Source: an uncultured Clostridia bacterium (GTDB taxonomy: Bacteria; Bacillota; Clostridia; Christensenellales; Borkfalkiaceae). Taken from it: a stretch of DNA of 55,551 bases. A model generated the notes under the pieces. The model saw nothing but the letters and a program-made list of their open reading frames with translations. It ran no database searches and was not told where the DNA came from. Shown here one piece after another: positions 8,645-17,193 of the stretch. The position numbers and the translations under genes are program-made. Location of the stretch: positions 1 through 55,551 of the forward strand of contig CAMWQS010000001.1 in assembly GCA_947176485.1 (NCBI GenBank). The letters run 5' to 3'. Position 1 is the first letter of the stretch. Every line of letters starts with the position of its first letter.

Positions 8645-8676
8645 CCCCCATATATGCAGCAACTAACGCGGTTTTT
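8645..8676 (+). repeat. Interspersed motif M, copy d (nrdG-dut spacer)
   Basis: TAA-CCCCCATATATGCAGCAACTAACGCGGTTTTT. It begins at the base after the nrdG stop. Confidence 0.75.
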
Positions 8677-8689
8677 GAGGAAAATACCT

Positions 8690-9169
8690 ATGAAAAACAG
8701 CATAAAACTCCACGGTTCTAAAATTAAAAAAATGAAGGTGGAAATTAAAAAACTGAACGATAAGGCAATTTTGCCCACGTACGGCAGTGAATACGCCGCG
8801 GGTGCAGATTTGTACGCTTGCCTTGATGAAGAAATAACTATTAACCCGCACGAAACGGTGCTCGTTCCCACGGGGCTTGCAATTGAACTCCCCCTCGGCT
8901 ACGCGGGGCTTATCTATGCAAGAAGCGGACTTGCCACTAAAAAGGGACTTGCCCCCGCTAACAAGGTGGGCGTGGTCGACTGCGACTATCGCGGGGAAGT
9001 CAAGGTTGCCCTTCACAACCATTCGGCGGTGGCACAGACGGTTGCTGCGGGTGAAAGGGTAGCACAGCTCGTTATAACGCCGTATCTCACTGCGGAGTTC
9101 GTTGAAAAAGACGAGCTTTCCGAAACGGTTCGCGGGGTCGGCGGTTTCGGCTCAACAGGTACTAAGTAA
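8690..9169 (+). CDS. dut: dUTP diphosphatase
   Basis: AAGADLYA, RSGLA, VVDCDYRGE and GGFGSTG motifs. Start chosen at the ATG preceded by GAGGA; 8732 is an alternative. Confidence 0.9.
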   Translation: MKNSIKLHGSKIKKMKVEIKKLNDKAILPTYGSEYAAGADLYACLDEEITINPHETVLVPTGLAIELPLGYAGLIYARSGLATKKGLAPANKVGVVDCDYRGEVKVALHNHSAVAQTVAAGERVAQLVITPYLTAEFVEKDELSETVRGVGGFGSTGTK

Positions 9170-9172
9170 TTA

Positions 9173-9203
9173 AAGCACGCATAAAAGCGTGCTTTTTATT
9201 TTC
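9173..9203 (+). terminator. Rho-independent terminator after dut
   Basis: AAGCACGC-ATAAAA-GCGTGCTT followed by TTTTATTTT. Confidence 0.8.
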
Positions 9204-9245
9204 AATGCATAATATTGGCAATAGATATAAATTTTTCGATTGCTC

Positions 9246-9274
9246 TTGACGGCTCGGGATTTGAGGTTTATAAT
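9246..9274 (+). promoter_or_regulatory. Promoter of the glucokinase-rex unit
   Basis: TTGACG, 17 nt, TATAAT. The AAGGGG SD precedes the ATG at 9304. Confidence 0.6.
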
Positions 9275-9303
9275 ATGATTATAAATTCGTAAGGGGTGCA
9301 GAA

Positions 9304-10233
9304 ATGCTTTATATGGGAATAGACGTCGGCGGTACGACGGTCAAAGGTTTGATAATCGACGAAAACGGCAAAATCGTCTGTGAGGACAACGTTCCCACCC
9401 GCATTGGTGAAGCACTTAGCGGCTGCATTGAAGAGCTTGCCGATATTCTCGTACAAAGAACGGGCAAAACTTACTCGCAAATCAGCGGAATAGGCGTTTG
9501 CAGCCCCGGAATTGTGGACGAAAACGGCGCGATAGTGTTTTCCGGCAACCTCAAATTGAAGAATTATCCTTTGAAGGAGCTGCTTTCAAAGCACCTTAAC
9601 GTGCCCGTAAAGGTTTTAAACGACGCCAACGCGGCGGCGCTTGGTGAGACGAAGTTCGGCGCAGGCAAGGGATACAAAGACAGCGTCATGGTAACCCTCG
9701 GTACGGGCGTCGGCGGCGGCGTGGTTATCGGCGGTAAGCTTTTTGAAGGAAACAAGGGTGCAGGTACAGAGCTTGGGCATATGGTTATCGAGCGCGGCGG
9801 AGTAGCTTGCACTTGCGGCAGACGCGGCTGTTTCGAAGTTTACTGCTCGGCGCGTGCGCTTACGGCAAGAACGAAGTGGGCCATGGAGGAAGACACCTCT
9901 TCCGAAATGTGGAAGACCTACACCTTGGCAACGGCGGACGGCAGAACGGCGTTTGAGTATATGGACTGCGACAGAACGGCGCGCCTGGTGGTGGATTGGT
10001 ACTTAAAGTATATGGCTTGCGGGCTTGTAAACTTAGCGAACATTTTCCGCCCCGAAGTTATTTTAATCGGCGGCGGCGTGGCGGCACAAGGCTCGCGCCT
10101 TACCATACCTTTGCAAAAACTTTTAAACGACGAACTTTTCGGCGGCATCGACTACGCGCCCGTTAAGGTTGAATGTGCGTCGCTCGGCAACAGGGCGGGC
10201 GGCTACGGCGCGGCGGCTGCCGTAATGGAATAA
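9304..10233 (+). CDS. glcK: ROK-family glucokinase
   Basis: GIDVGGTTVK ATP-binding N-terminus and ROK zinc motif CTCGRRGCFEVYCS. Confidence 0.85.
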   Translation: MLYMGIDVGGTTVKGLIIDENGKIVCEDNVPTRIGEALSGCIEELADILVQRTGKTYSQISGIGVCSPGIVDENGAIVFSGNLKLKNYPLKELLSKHLNVPVKVLNDANAAALGETKFGAGKGYKDSVMVTLGTGVGGGVVIGGKLFEGNKGAGTELGHMVIERGGVACTCGRRGCFEVYCSARALTARTKWAMEEDTSSEMWKTYTLATADGRTAFEYMDCDRTARLVVDWYLKYMACGLVNLANIFRPEVILIGGGVAAQGSRLTIPLQKLLNDELFGGIDYAPVKVECASLGNRAGGYGAAAAVME

Positions 10234-10247
10234 GGACAGGTGATAAA

Positions 10248-10856
10248 ATGAAAAGTGATATACCCGTAACGAGCCTACAACGGCTACCCGTGTATTTGAA
10301 CTATTTAAAATCGCTGACTTCCGACGGGTACATCTCGTCGGGGGCAATTGCGCGTGCACTCGGAATGGGTGAGGTGCTTGTAAGAAAAGATTTGGCTTTC
10401 ACGTCCGCACAAGGCAGAACGCGTGTGGGATATTTGCGCACGGAGCTTATAGCCGCGCTTGAAGATTACCTTGGTTGTAACGATAAAAAGAAGGCGGTTA
10501 TTTTCGGCGCGGGCGAGCTTGGTAAGGCGCTTATGTCCTACAACGGATTTTCGAATTACGGCATAGAAATCGTTGCCGCTTTTGACAACGACAGTGCAAA
10601 AGTTGGCACATATGTGGGGGGCAAACCCGTTTTTGACGTGGAAAACGCCACAAAAAAGCTCGTTGAATTAAGCCCTCGGCTTGCCGTGCTTTGCGTGCCC
10701 GCAAGCGTTGCGCAAGACGTTGCCGATAAGGTTATAAGCTGCAACGTTAAGAAGATTTTAAATTTTGCGCCCGTCTTGCTTCGCGCTGAGGACGGAGTAA
10801 TCGTCAGAAACATTGACGTGGCGGCAAATTTGGCAATCCTTTCAAGTATGATTTAA
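10248..10856 (+). CDS. rex: Redox-sensing transcriptional repressor Rex
   Basis: N-terminal winged-helix LQRLPVYLNYL and Rossmann motif IFGAGELGKAL. Start set at MKSDIP with an upstream AAGGA. Confidence 0.9.
   Translation: MKSDIPVTSLQRLPVYLNYLKSLTSDGYISSGAIARALGMGEVLVRKDLAFTSAQGRTRVGYLRTELIAALEDYLGCNDKKKAVIFGAGELGKALMSYNGFSNYGIEIVAAFDNDSAKVGTYVGGKPVFDVENATKKLVELSPRLAVLCVPASVAQDVADKVISCNVKKILNFAPVLLRAEDGVIVRNIDVAANLAILSSMI
10594..10621 (-). repeat. Motif M, copy m, inside rex
   Basis: Minus strand CCCCCCACATATGTGCCAACTTTTGCAC. It contains the exact 12-mer CATATGTGGGGG on the plus strand. Confidence 0.55.
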
Positions 10857-10867
10857 TAAGGCAAACC

Positions 10868-13800
10868 ATGAAAAAGTTTTTCTCATTTATAATAAAACAG
10901 TCGGTGGCGATAGTTCTTATCGTCATCTTTGTTTTAGTATTCGGAATATATTCGACTGCCAGCATGTCCGTTAATCTTTTGCCGGACATAAGTATTCCCA
11001 TGGTCTGCGTGCAAGTAATTTATCCGGGTGTGGGCGCGCAGTCCGTTGAAAAGGACGTAACCGAAAAGATAGAGGACGGACTTTCGTCCATAAGCGGTAT
11101 AACCTGCGTCGACAGTTATTCTTACGACAACTTGTCTGCCGTGGTTTTGTCTTTCGACTACGGCACGGATACTAAGGAAAAGAAGACGGATATTCAAAGT
11201 AAGCTCAATTCAATCGATTTGCCCGACAGCGTAATAACCTCCGTTTACGATATTGATTTAAACGCCGAAGCGCTTGCAACCCTTTCAATAACCTCGGAAA
11301 GCGGCGAAACCGACGAAGATAAGCTTGCCAATGCGTATGCCGCCGCAGAAGAGATAGCCGCCAAAATATCGGCAATAGACGGTGTTGAAAGCGTAGAAAT
11401 TAAAGGCGGCGCGCAAACCTTTTTTGAAATTACGCCGTTTATCGGACTTGAGCTTATAGCACCACTAATCGTACAGGCGTTTTCTTACGGGCAACTTGAT
11501 ATACCCCTCGGCAATTTGACGCAGAACGGCGAAAGCGTTCAGATACGAAACAACTCTGACGTTGCAAAGCCCGAAGATATTGAAAACATGCCGCTTAGTT
11601 TACCGTCGTCAATTGTTACGCTTTTGAGCTCTGTTAAGCAGGTTATGGGCTATTACGAAGACAGCACCGTCGATGACTTGGAAAAGCTGCAAGGAGACTT
11701 AGGGACGGGCGTGTTGGCGGTTCTTGCCGATATCGGTACGTATTCCGCAAAAGAGCTCAACGACTTTTCTACCCTTAAAACTTATATGAATATAGCCGGC
11801 AATTACACGGCGGAGCAGCTTAGGAACGTTAAAACAAGCCGTTATTACAGCGAAATTAAAAAGCGGGTAACAAACGAGGACGGCTCTCCCAAAACCGACG
11901 AAGAGATAGAAAGCTTGTTGGAAGATATAAAAGCAGCTTATCCGCTTGCCGCAGATTACGTAACCGTCGACATGTTAAAGGTAATTCGTGACGGGAAGAT
12001 AGACGTGATTATCGACTTCCGCGAAAGCTATTTGGAAGTGAAAGAAGACTACGGTAACGACGAGTTTTACGAGCTGACGGACGACGATTATTTCGTTCTT
12101 GAAACCGAGTTCGTTCAAGTATATTCGGGAGTCTACGACTATAATAACCTAACGGAAGAGCAAAAAACCGACGTATATAATAAAATAGATTTTGCAAAAA
12201 AGACGTCCGCGACGGGGCTTGCCGGCATAGCCGATAAGAAGGAAGAAGAAGGAGATAAATACAATCCTACGGATTCCGAATGCGCCTTGCTGTTTGCGGG
12301 GACGGAGCTGTCAAGCGAGCACCCCATAATCGTATCCCCGACGTTTATCGCTTTCGTAAGAAGCGAAAGCTATGAAGAAAATATGCAACGGCTTATCGAC
12401 TTCCGCGGAGAAGTCGGGGACGGGGTTGAGCTTACTGCTAAACAGTGGTACGAGCTTTACGACAGTTTAAACCTAAAGGGAGTATTTGAATTCAAGCTCT
12501 CTGAAAACCTTTTCGGCTTTATAACGGATACGGACTTTACTGATTTGGTGGGCGGCGAAAAGGTTGTAAAGGTAAGCGAAATCGCAAGCGTACACACGCG
12601 TGACACCTTTAATTCCTACGTTTATTTCGGGGACGGCAAGGCTACCGTCGTAAAAGGTGCCATAATCGAAGTTTACAAATCAAACGGAGCCAATTCTTCA
12701 CGCGTGGTTGACGAAGTGAAAAAGGTTTACACCGAGTATCTGGGCGGCAGTGAAAACCACGGCGCAAAGGTCGTTCTTTTAGACGACCAATCCGAGTTTA
12801 TCTCAGACAGCATTTCAAACGTGCTCGTCAGTATGCTTATAGGTGGGGCGCTTGCCGTTCTCGTAATATTTATGTTCTTAAAGAAGGTGCGCACCTCGCT
12901 AATCGTTGCAATCACGATGCCCCTTTCCGTACTTGCGGCGCTAATCTGCCTTTTCCTTATGGGGATAACGCTGAACATGGTTTCTCTCGGCGGGCTTGCC
13001 GTGGGAATAGGAATGCTCGTTGATAACAGCATCGTCGTCATCGAAAGTATATCAAAACACCGTGATATGGATAAAACCGCCTTTGAAGCAGCTGTGGACG
13101 GCACCACGGAAGTGGGCGGCGCGCTGTTCGGTTCAACGCTTACAACCGTCTGCGTGTTTATCCCGATAATCTTTTCCGGCGGACTTACGGGGGAAATTTT
13201 TACCGATTTAAGCTGGGCGGTAATATTTTCACTTGCATTCTCGCTTATAGTCGCGGTAACCGTAATACCCGCGCTGTATTCGCTTTTCGGTGGAGGGAAA
13301 CGCCTATTAAAGGGTGGCAGGCTTAATAAATCGTTACCCGCCGAGCCGAAGGCGGAAATTAGCGTAGACCCCCATATATGTGCCAACGAACGGCAAATTT
13401 CCGATGAAAAACCTAAAAAATCGTTCAAAGAAAAGCTTGCAGTATTAAAACAGTCCAAGATTATGGACGCGATAACGGGCTTCTACGGCAAAATACTTCC
13501 CTCAGTATTAAATAAGAAGCTGGTTTGTATTTTGAGCGCAGTCGTCGTATTCGGCGCGAGCATAGGTTTATTGTTCGTTACGGGCACCGAGTTCCTGCCC
13601 TCTATCGACAAAGGGCAAATCGAAGTCAATATGACTTACGGCTCCGGGGCTGATTTGGCGGAGGTGGAAAGTGACGTTTTTGCCTTTGCGGAAACTATTC
13701 AAAATGAAATTCCCAATATAGAATACGTGTCGGTCAGCGTTGGTAAGCACGGGCTTCTTGCCTTGACGGATACGGGGCTTATAAAGGTTCAGCTTACCAC

Positions 13801-15037
13801 AAACCGCGGCACTTCAAAAGTTGTGAATGAAATTCGTGCCCTTTCAGAGGGGAATTCGAAGCCTCGGGGCACGGTTACGGTTAAGGAAATAGACGGTGTG
13901 GTCGCTTCGCTTATGTCGGGCGCGGACGATTTATCGGTAACAATCGTCGGCGCGGACGGCGAAATTCTTAAAGCCATTACAGGTGAAATTGCCGCTAAGC
14001 TTGAAGAAAACTCTTTCAGGGACGTGAAAAACAGTGCTACCGAAACCGCCACGGAGTACAGCTTGAAGTTTGACCGCAACAAGATGGCAGAGCTTGGCTT
14101 AGACTATCAAACGCTGATTTTAACGCTTAGAATCGGGCTTGCTTCTTACACTGCTTGCACCGTAACCATAGACGACGAAACTTACGACTTAAACGTCAAG
14201 TTTGACGGAAATTCCATAACCTCCGTTGACGAGCTAAACGATTTCGTCGTGGGTGCAGATAGCGACGGAAAAGCCGTGAAACTAAGGGATATATGCGGGG
14301 TAACCGAAAATAAAGTAGAGGCTTGTATAAGAAGAACCGACGGAAAGCAGATGATTTCCGTGTCGGCTGCGCTCCCGGGCGTGGACACGGGTACGGCAAG
14401 CAAACAAATGCAGAAAATCGCGGAAGAGGTTCTTTCAAACCCCGAATACGAAGGCTACGGCTTCGAGTCGAGCGGAATATCCAGTTATCTCACGGACGCG
14501 TTCACTGGGCTTGCTGTTGCGCTCGTGGTTTCGTTCTTCCTGCTGTTTGCGGTTATGGCAGTACAGTTCTCGTCGGCGGTTAAGCCTTTAATAATAATGG
14601 CAAGCATACCGTTCAGCTTTACGGGCGGGTTCATCGCGCTCGTTATAACGGGCACGAGCCTGAACGTCGTATCGTTCATAGGCTTAATTATGCTTATGGG
14701 CGTGGTGGTAAACAACGCTATCGTCATGCTTGAAAAAATTAAGCAGTTACATAGCGAGGGGATGGAACACTTTGCCGCCGTTCAAGAAGCTTGCAAGGTG
14801 CGCCTGCGCCCGATATTTATGACGACGCTGACGACCATTCTCGCGCTTATTCCGCTTGCCATAGGCGTAGGGCAGGGCAGCGAGCTTATGCAGCCCCTCG
14901 GCATAGTCGTTATCGGCGGGCTGCTGATAGGTACGCTTGTAACGCTGCTTCTCGTCCCCACGGTTTATTGCGCCGTACATAGGCTTTCTTCCAAGTATCC
15001 CAACGGTAAACGTGCCGCCCAAACGGCTAAGAATTGA
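10868..15037 (+). CDS. RND-superfamily efflux permease (AcrB/SwrC-like), unusually long at 1389 aa
   Basis: AcrB-type N-terminus, two 6-TM bundles and two large extracytoplasmic loops. The first loop is about twice the usual size. Confidence 0.85.
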   Translation: MKKFFSFIIKQSVAIVLIVIFVLVFGIYSTASMSVNLLPDISIPMVCVQVIYPGVGAQSVEKDVTEKIEDGLSSISGITCVDSYSYDNLSAVVLSFDYGTDTKEKKTDIQSKLNSIDLPDSVITSVYDIDLNAEALATLSITSESGETDEDKLANAYAAAEEIAAKISAIDGVESVEIKGGAQTFFEITPFIGLELIAPLIVQAFSYGQLDIPLGNLTQNGESVQIRNNSDVAKPEDIENMPLSLPSSIVTLLSSVKQVMGYYEDSTVDDLEKLQGDLGTGVLAVLADIGTYSAKELNDFSTLKTYMNIAGNYTAEQLRNVKTSRYYSEIKKRVTNEDGSPKTDEEIESLLEDIKAAYPLAADYVTVDMLKVIRDGKIDVIIDFRESYLEVKEDYGNDEFYELTDDDYFVLETEFVQVYSGVYDYNNLTEEQKTDVYNKIDFAKKTSATGLAGIADKKEEEGDKYNPTDSECALLFAGTELSSEHPIIVSPTFIAFVRSESYEENMQRLIDFRGEVGDGVELTAKQWYELYDSLNLKGVFEFKLSENLFGFITDTDFTDLVGGEKVVKVSEIASVHTRDTFNSYVYFGDGKATVVKGAIIEVYKSNGANSSRVVDEVKKVYTEYLGGSENHGAKVVLLDDQSEFISDSISNVLVSMLIGGALAVLVIFMFLKKVRTSLIVAITMPLSVLAALICLFLMGITLNMVSLGGLAVGIGMLVDNSIVVIESISKHRDMDKTAFEAAVDGTTEVGGALFGSTLTTVCVFIPIIFSGGLTGEIFTDLSWAVIFSLAFSLIVAVTVIPALYSLFGGGKRLLKGGRLNKSLPAEPKAEISVDPHICANERQISDEKPKKSFKEKLAVLKQSKIMDAITGFYGKILPSVLNKKLVCILSAVVVFGASIGLLFVTGTEFLPSIDKGQIEVNMTYGSGADLAEVESDVFAFAETIQNEIPNIEYVSVSVGKHGLLALTDTGLIKVQLTTNRGTSKVVNEIRALSEGNSKPRGTVTVKEIDGVVASLMSGADDLSVTIVGADGEILKAITGEIAAKLEENSFRDVKNSATETATEYSLKFDRNKMAELGLDYQTLILTLRIGLASYTACTVTIDDETYDLNVKFDGNSITSVDELNDFVVGADSDGKAVKLRDICGVTENKVEACIRRTDGKQMISVSAALPGVDTGTASKQMQKIAEEVLSNPEYEGYGFESSGISSYLTDAFTGLAVALVVSFFLLFAVMAVQFSSAVKPLIIMASIPFSFTGGFIALVITGTSLNVVSFIGLIMLMGVVVNNAIVMLEKIKQLHSEGMEHFAAVQEACKVRLRPIFMTTLTTILALIPLAIGVGQGSELMQPLGIVVIGGLLIGTLVTLLLVPTVYCAVHRLSSKYPNGKRAAQTAKN
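13369..13400 (+). repeat. Motif M, copy g, in the inter-half linker of the RND CDS
   Basis: CCCCCATATATGTGCCAACGAACGGCAAATTT, translated in frame as DPHICANERQIS. Confidence 0.7.
14269..14300 (-). repeat. Motif M, degenerate copy q, inside the RND CDS
   Basis: Minus strand TTACCCCGCATATATCCCTTAGTTTCACGGCTTTT, which aligns with copy b over most positions. Confidence 0.4.
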
Positions 15038-15044
15038 AAAGCCC

Positions 15045-15078
15045 AAAAAATGCGTTAATTAAGGCATATATTGGGGGG
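15045..15078 (-). repeat. Interspersed motif M, copy e
   Basis: Plus strand AAAAAATGCGTTAATTAAGGCATATATTGGGGGG, 7 nt after the RND stop codon. Confidence 0.75.
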
Positions 15079-15100
15079 AATTGCTAAAAAACCATATTAA

Positions 15101-15136
15101 ACCGCCCGCGGACGAGCAGTCTGCGGGCGGTTTTTA
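15101..15136 (+). terminator. Rho-independent terminator after the RND gene
   Basis: ACCGCCCGC..GCGGGCGGT stem followed by TTTTT. Confidence 0.8.
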
Positions 15137-15185
15137 AACGATTTTAAAACATACGGGCGTGCGCCTAACAATATATATATTACGT

Positions 15186-16760
15186 ATGGCAAAACCTTCA
15201 TCGGAAAAATTTCAATCAAAAGGCGGGTTTATACTCGCAAGTATCGGTGCGGCGGTGGGGCTCGGTAACGCTTTGCGCTTCCCCGGGCTGTGCGCAAAGT
15301 ACGGCGGTGGGGCGTTTCTGTTTATCTATTTTATCGCCCTCGCGGTCTTGGGATTGCCCATTCTAAACGCCGAAATCGCGCTGGGCAGAAAGGTGAAGGG
15401 CGGCGCGCCGAAATGTATGCGCAGCCTTCTTAAAGAGCCACGCGCCAAAAAGGCGGAGCACTTGGGTTGGGCTTCTTGCATAAACTCGGTAATCACCGCA
15501 CTTATATACGCGGGGCTTGCGGGCTGGATCATTGCAACGGCGGTAACCGCCGTGCCGCTGTGCCTAAACGCGCCCGTGCTTGAAGACAGGGAAATAAGCG
15601 GTTTCTTCTTCAACGATATTCTATCCGCAAGGGCGGACGGTGTTATAGACGGGTTTTCGCTTTTGGTGGCGGGCTGCATACTTGTCGCGTGGGTGTTAAT
15701 GTTTTTCTGCCTAAAAGGCGGGGCGGCGTCCCTTTCCAAAGCCGCAAAGTTCACGGTGGCTATTCCGATGACCCTTTTAACCGCCCTTGCCGTGCGCGGA
15801 CTTCTGTATAAAAACGCCCCCGAGGCGCTTTCCGCGCTGTTTATTCCCGATTTTTCAAAGCTTTCCAGCCCGGAGCTGTGGCTAACCGCCCTCGGTCAAG
15901 TGTTTTTTTCTCTTTCGATAGTAGTCGGAATAATGCCCGCATACGGCTCGTACTTGCCCGAAGGCACCAATATTTTCAAATGCTCGCTCGTTATTGCGGC
16001 GGCGGACTTCCTGGTTTCGGTTTTGGCTTCCGTAGTGCTTTTTACCACGCTTTACGGTTGCGGACTTCAAAGCCAAATAGGCGCAAGCGGCATAATTACG
16101 GCTTTTGCGGTCTATCCCGTGGCGATAACGCGGCTTTTCGGAGGTTATCCGGCAATAAACGCGGCGGTGGGGGTGTTGTTCTATTCCTCGCTTGCAATGA
16201 TGGCAATACAGTCCGCCGTGTCTATGCTGGAAGCCTTCCTTAACCCGTTTGCAGAGCAGCGAGGCAAGCCGAAAAAGCGACTTGCCGCCATCGTGTGCTT
16301 ATGCGGCGCGCCGATAACGCTTATCTTTGCAACCACTGCCGCACCGACGGTCGTTGACGTAAGCGACAGATTTATAAACTTTTACAATGTGTTAATATTG
16401 GGTATTGCGGAGTGCCTTATAATAGGCACCAGTAAGCAGACGGGCGAGCTTGCGGACGAAATTAATAGGTTTGCGGCAAATGGGAAAGGAAAGATAGGGG
16501 AAGGCAAGAGGGGGCGTATAACCTTAAAAATGCCTAAAAAGGCGTTCGGGGTGTCGGTTAAATTCCTGTGCCCTGCGGTGCTTTCGGGGCTGACTTTGTA
16601 CGAAATTTTGCGCTTAATCACCTTGGGGCTGGGGTATCCCTTGTGGCTACAAATTGCTTTCGGGTGGGGGCTTAGTCTTGCCGTGTTCGCAATTCCTGCC
16701 CTTTTAACGGCAAAAATTACACCCCGTAATATGTGGCGGCGAAAAAAATTGCACCCGTAA
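15186..16760 (+). CDS. Sodium-dependent transporter, NSS/SNF family
   Basis: GLGNALRFP signature and about 12 hydrophobic segments. Start set at the ATG (MAKPSS) rather than the upstream GTG. Confidence 0.85.
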   Translation: MAKPSSEKFQSKGGFILASIGAAVGLGNALRFPGLCAKYGGGAFLFIYFIALAVLGLPILNAEIALGRKVKGGAPKCMRSLLKEPRAKKAEHLGWASCINSVITALIYAGLAGWIIATAVTAVPLCLNAPVLEDREISGFFFNDILSARADGVIDGFSLLVAGCILVAWVLMFFCLKGGAASLSKAAKFTVAIPMTLLTALAVRGLLYKNAPEALSALFIPDFSKLSSPELWLTALGQVFFSLSIVVGIMPAYGSYLPEGTNIFKCSLVIAAADFLVSVLASVVLFTTLYGCGLQSQIGASGIITAFAVYPVAITRLFGGYPAINAAVGVLFYSSLAMMAIQSAVSMLEAFLNPFAEQRGKPKKRLAAIVCLCGAPITLIFATTAAPTVVDVSDRFINFYNVLILGIAECLIIGTSKQTGELADEINRFAANGKGKIGEGKRGRITLKMPKKAFGVSVKFLCPAVLSGLTLYEILRLITLGLGYPLWLQIAFGWGLSLAVFAIPALLTAKITPRNMWRRKKLHP

Positions 16761-16831
16761 TATGTACAAGTTTTAATTTTTTAAGTGAACTGCCCCGAAA
16801 CAGCCGCGTTTTAGGGCGGTTTTTTCAATTG

Positions 16832-16875
16832 CCCCCCATATATGTGCCAAATAACGCACTTTTTGGCGCATTTTT
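16832..16875 (+). repeat. Interspersed motif M, copy f (longest copy)
   Basis: CCCCCCATATATGTGCCAAATAACGCACTTTTTGGCGCATTTTT. An internal imperfect palindrome TGTGCCAAA/TTTGGCGCA is present. Confidence 0.8.
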
Positions 16876-16947
16876 ACCTTAAAAACCGGTGAAAATCGTG
16901 TTAGTTTTGAACACAAATTTCTGTTACTAATTAACATTTTTGGCAAA

Positions 16948-16972
16948 GGTGCCCAAATATGGCTTAATAAAC
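16948..16972 (+). repeat. Motif M, degenerate copy l
   Basis: GGTGCCCAAATATGGCTTAATAAAC resembles copy j (GGTGCCGAATATGCTCGAAATAACGC). Confidence 0.35.
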
Positions 16973-17016
16973 TAATAATTTTTTCACAAAAATTTTAAAA
17001 AAATCCGCAAAAACAG

Positions 17017-17045
17017 TTGTATTTCTTGAAATGGGGTGATATACT
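17017..17045 (+). promoter_or_regulatory. Candidate promoter of the giant surface-protein gene
   Basis: TTGTAT, 17 nt, TATACT with an extended -10 TG (TGATATACT). It lies about 280 nt upstream of the ATG. Confidence 0.45.
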
Positions 17046-17158
17046 TAGCATACCACATTATTTCATTTACATAGCCATATTGCGGAATATTACACCGCCC
17101 TAAGTGGGCGCAGTGTACAATTTTGTAATAATTTTTTCATATGCTATTTTTCTGAAAT

Positions 17159-17193
17159 GGTGTGGACCGAAAAGGTGCACACCTTTTTGTTTT
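17159..17193 (+). terminator. Intrinsic-terminator-like hairpin inside the leader of the giant gene
   Basis: GGTGTGGACC-GAAAA-GGTGCACACC followed by TTTTTGTTTT. Confidence 0.55.

Noticed and set aside
12727-13458. Antisense ORFs within large genes (12727-13458 in the RND gene; also 17137-17715, 23084-23659 and 25685-26239 in or near the giant gene, and 37077-37754 and 39603-40130 in addB/addA)
   Set aside because: All overlap well-supported plus-strand genes and have biased Ser/Pro/Arg-rich compositions with no recognisable motifs. I treat them as shadow ORFs.
16515-16550. Similarity between GCGTATAACCTTAAAAATGCCTAAAAAGGCG in the NSS transporter gene and the AGGCATTTTTAGGCATTTTT...AAAAATGCC hairpin after tRNA-Gln (53508-53541)
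   Set aside because: The match is short, AT-rich and low in complexity. It could be chance, or a distant relative of M, and there is not enough evidence to call a repeat family.
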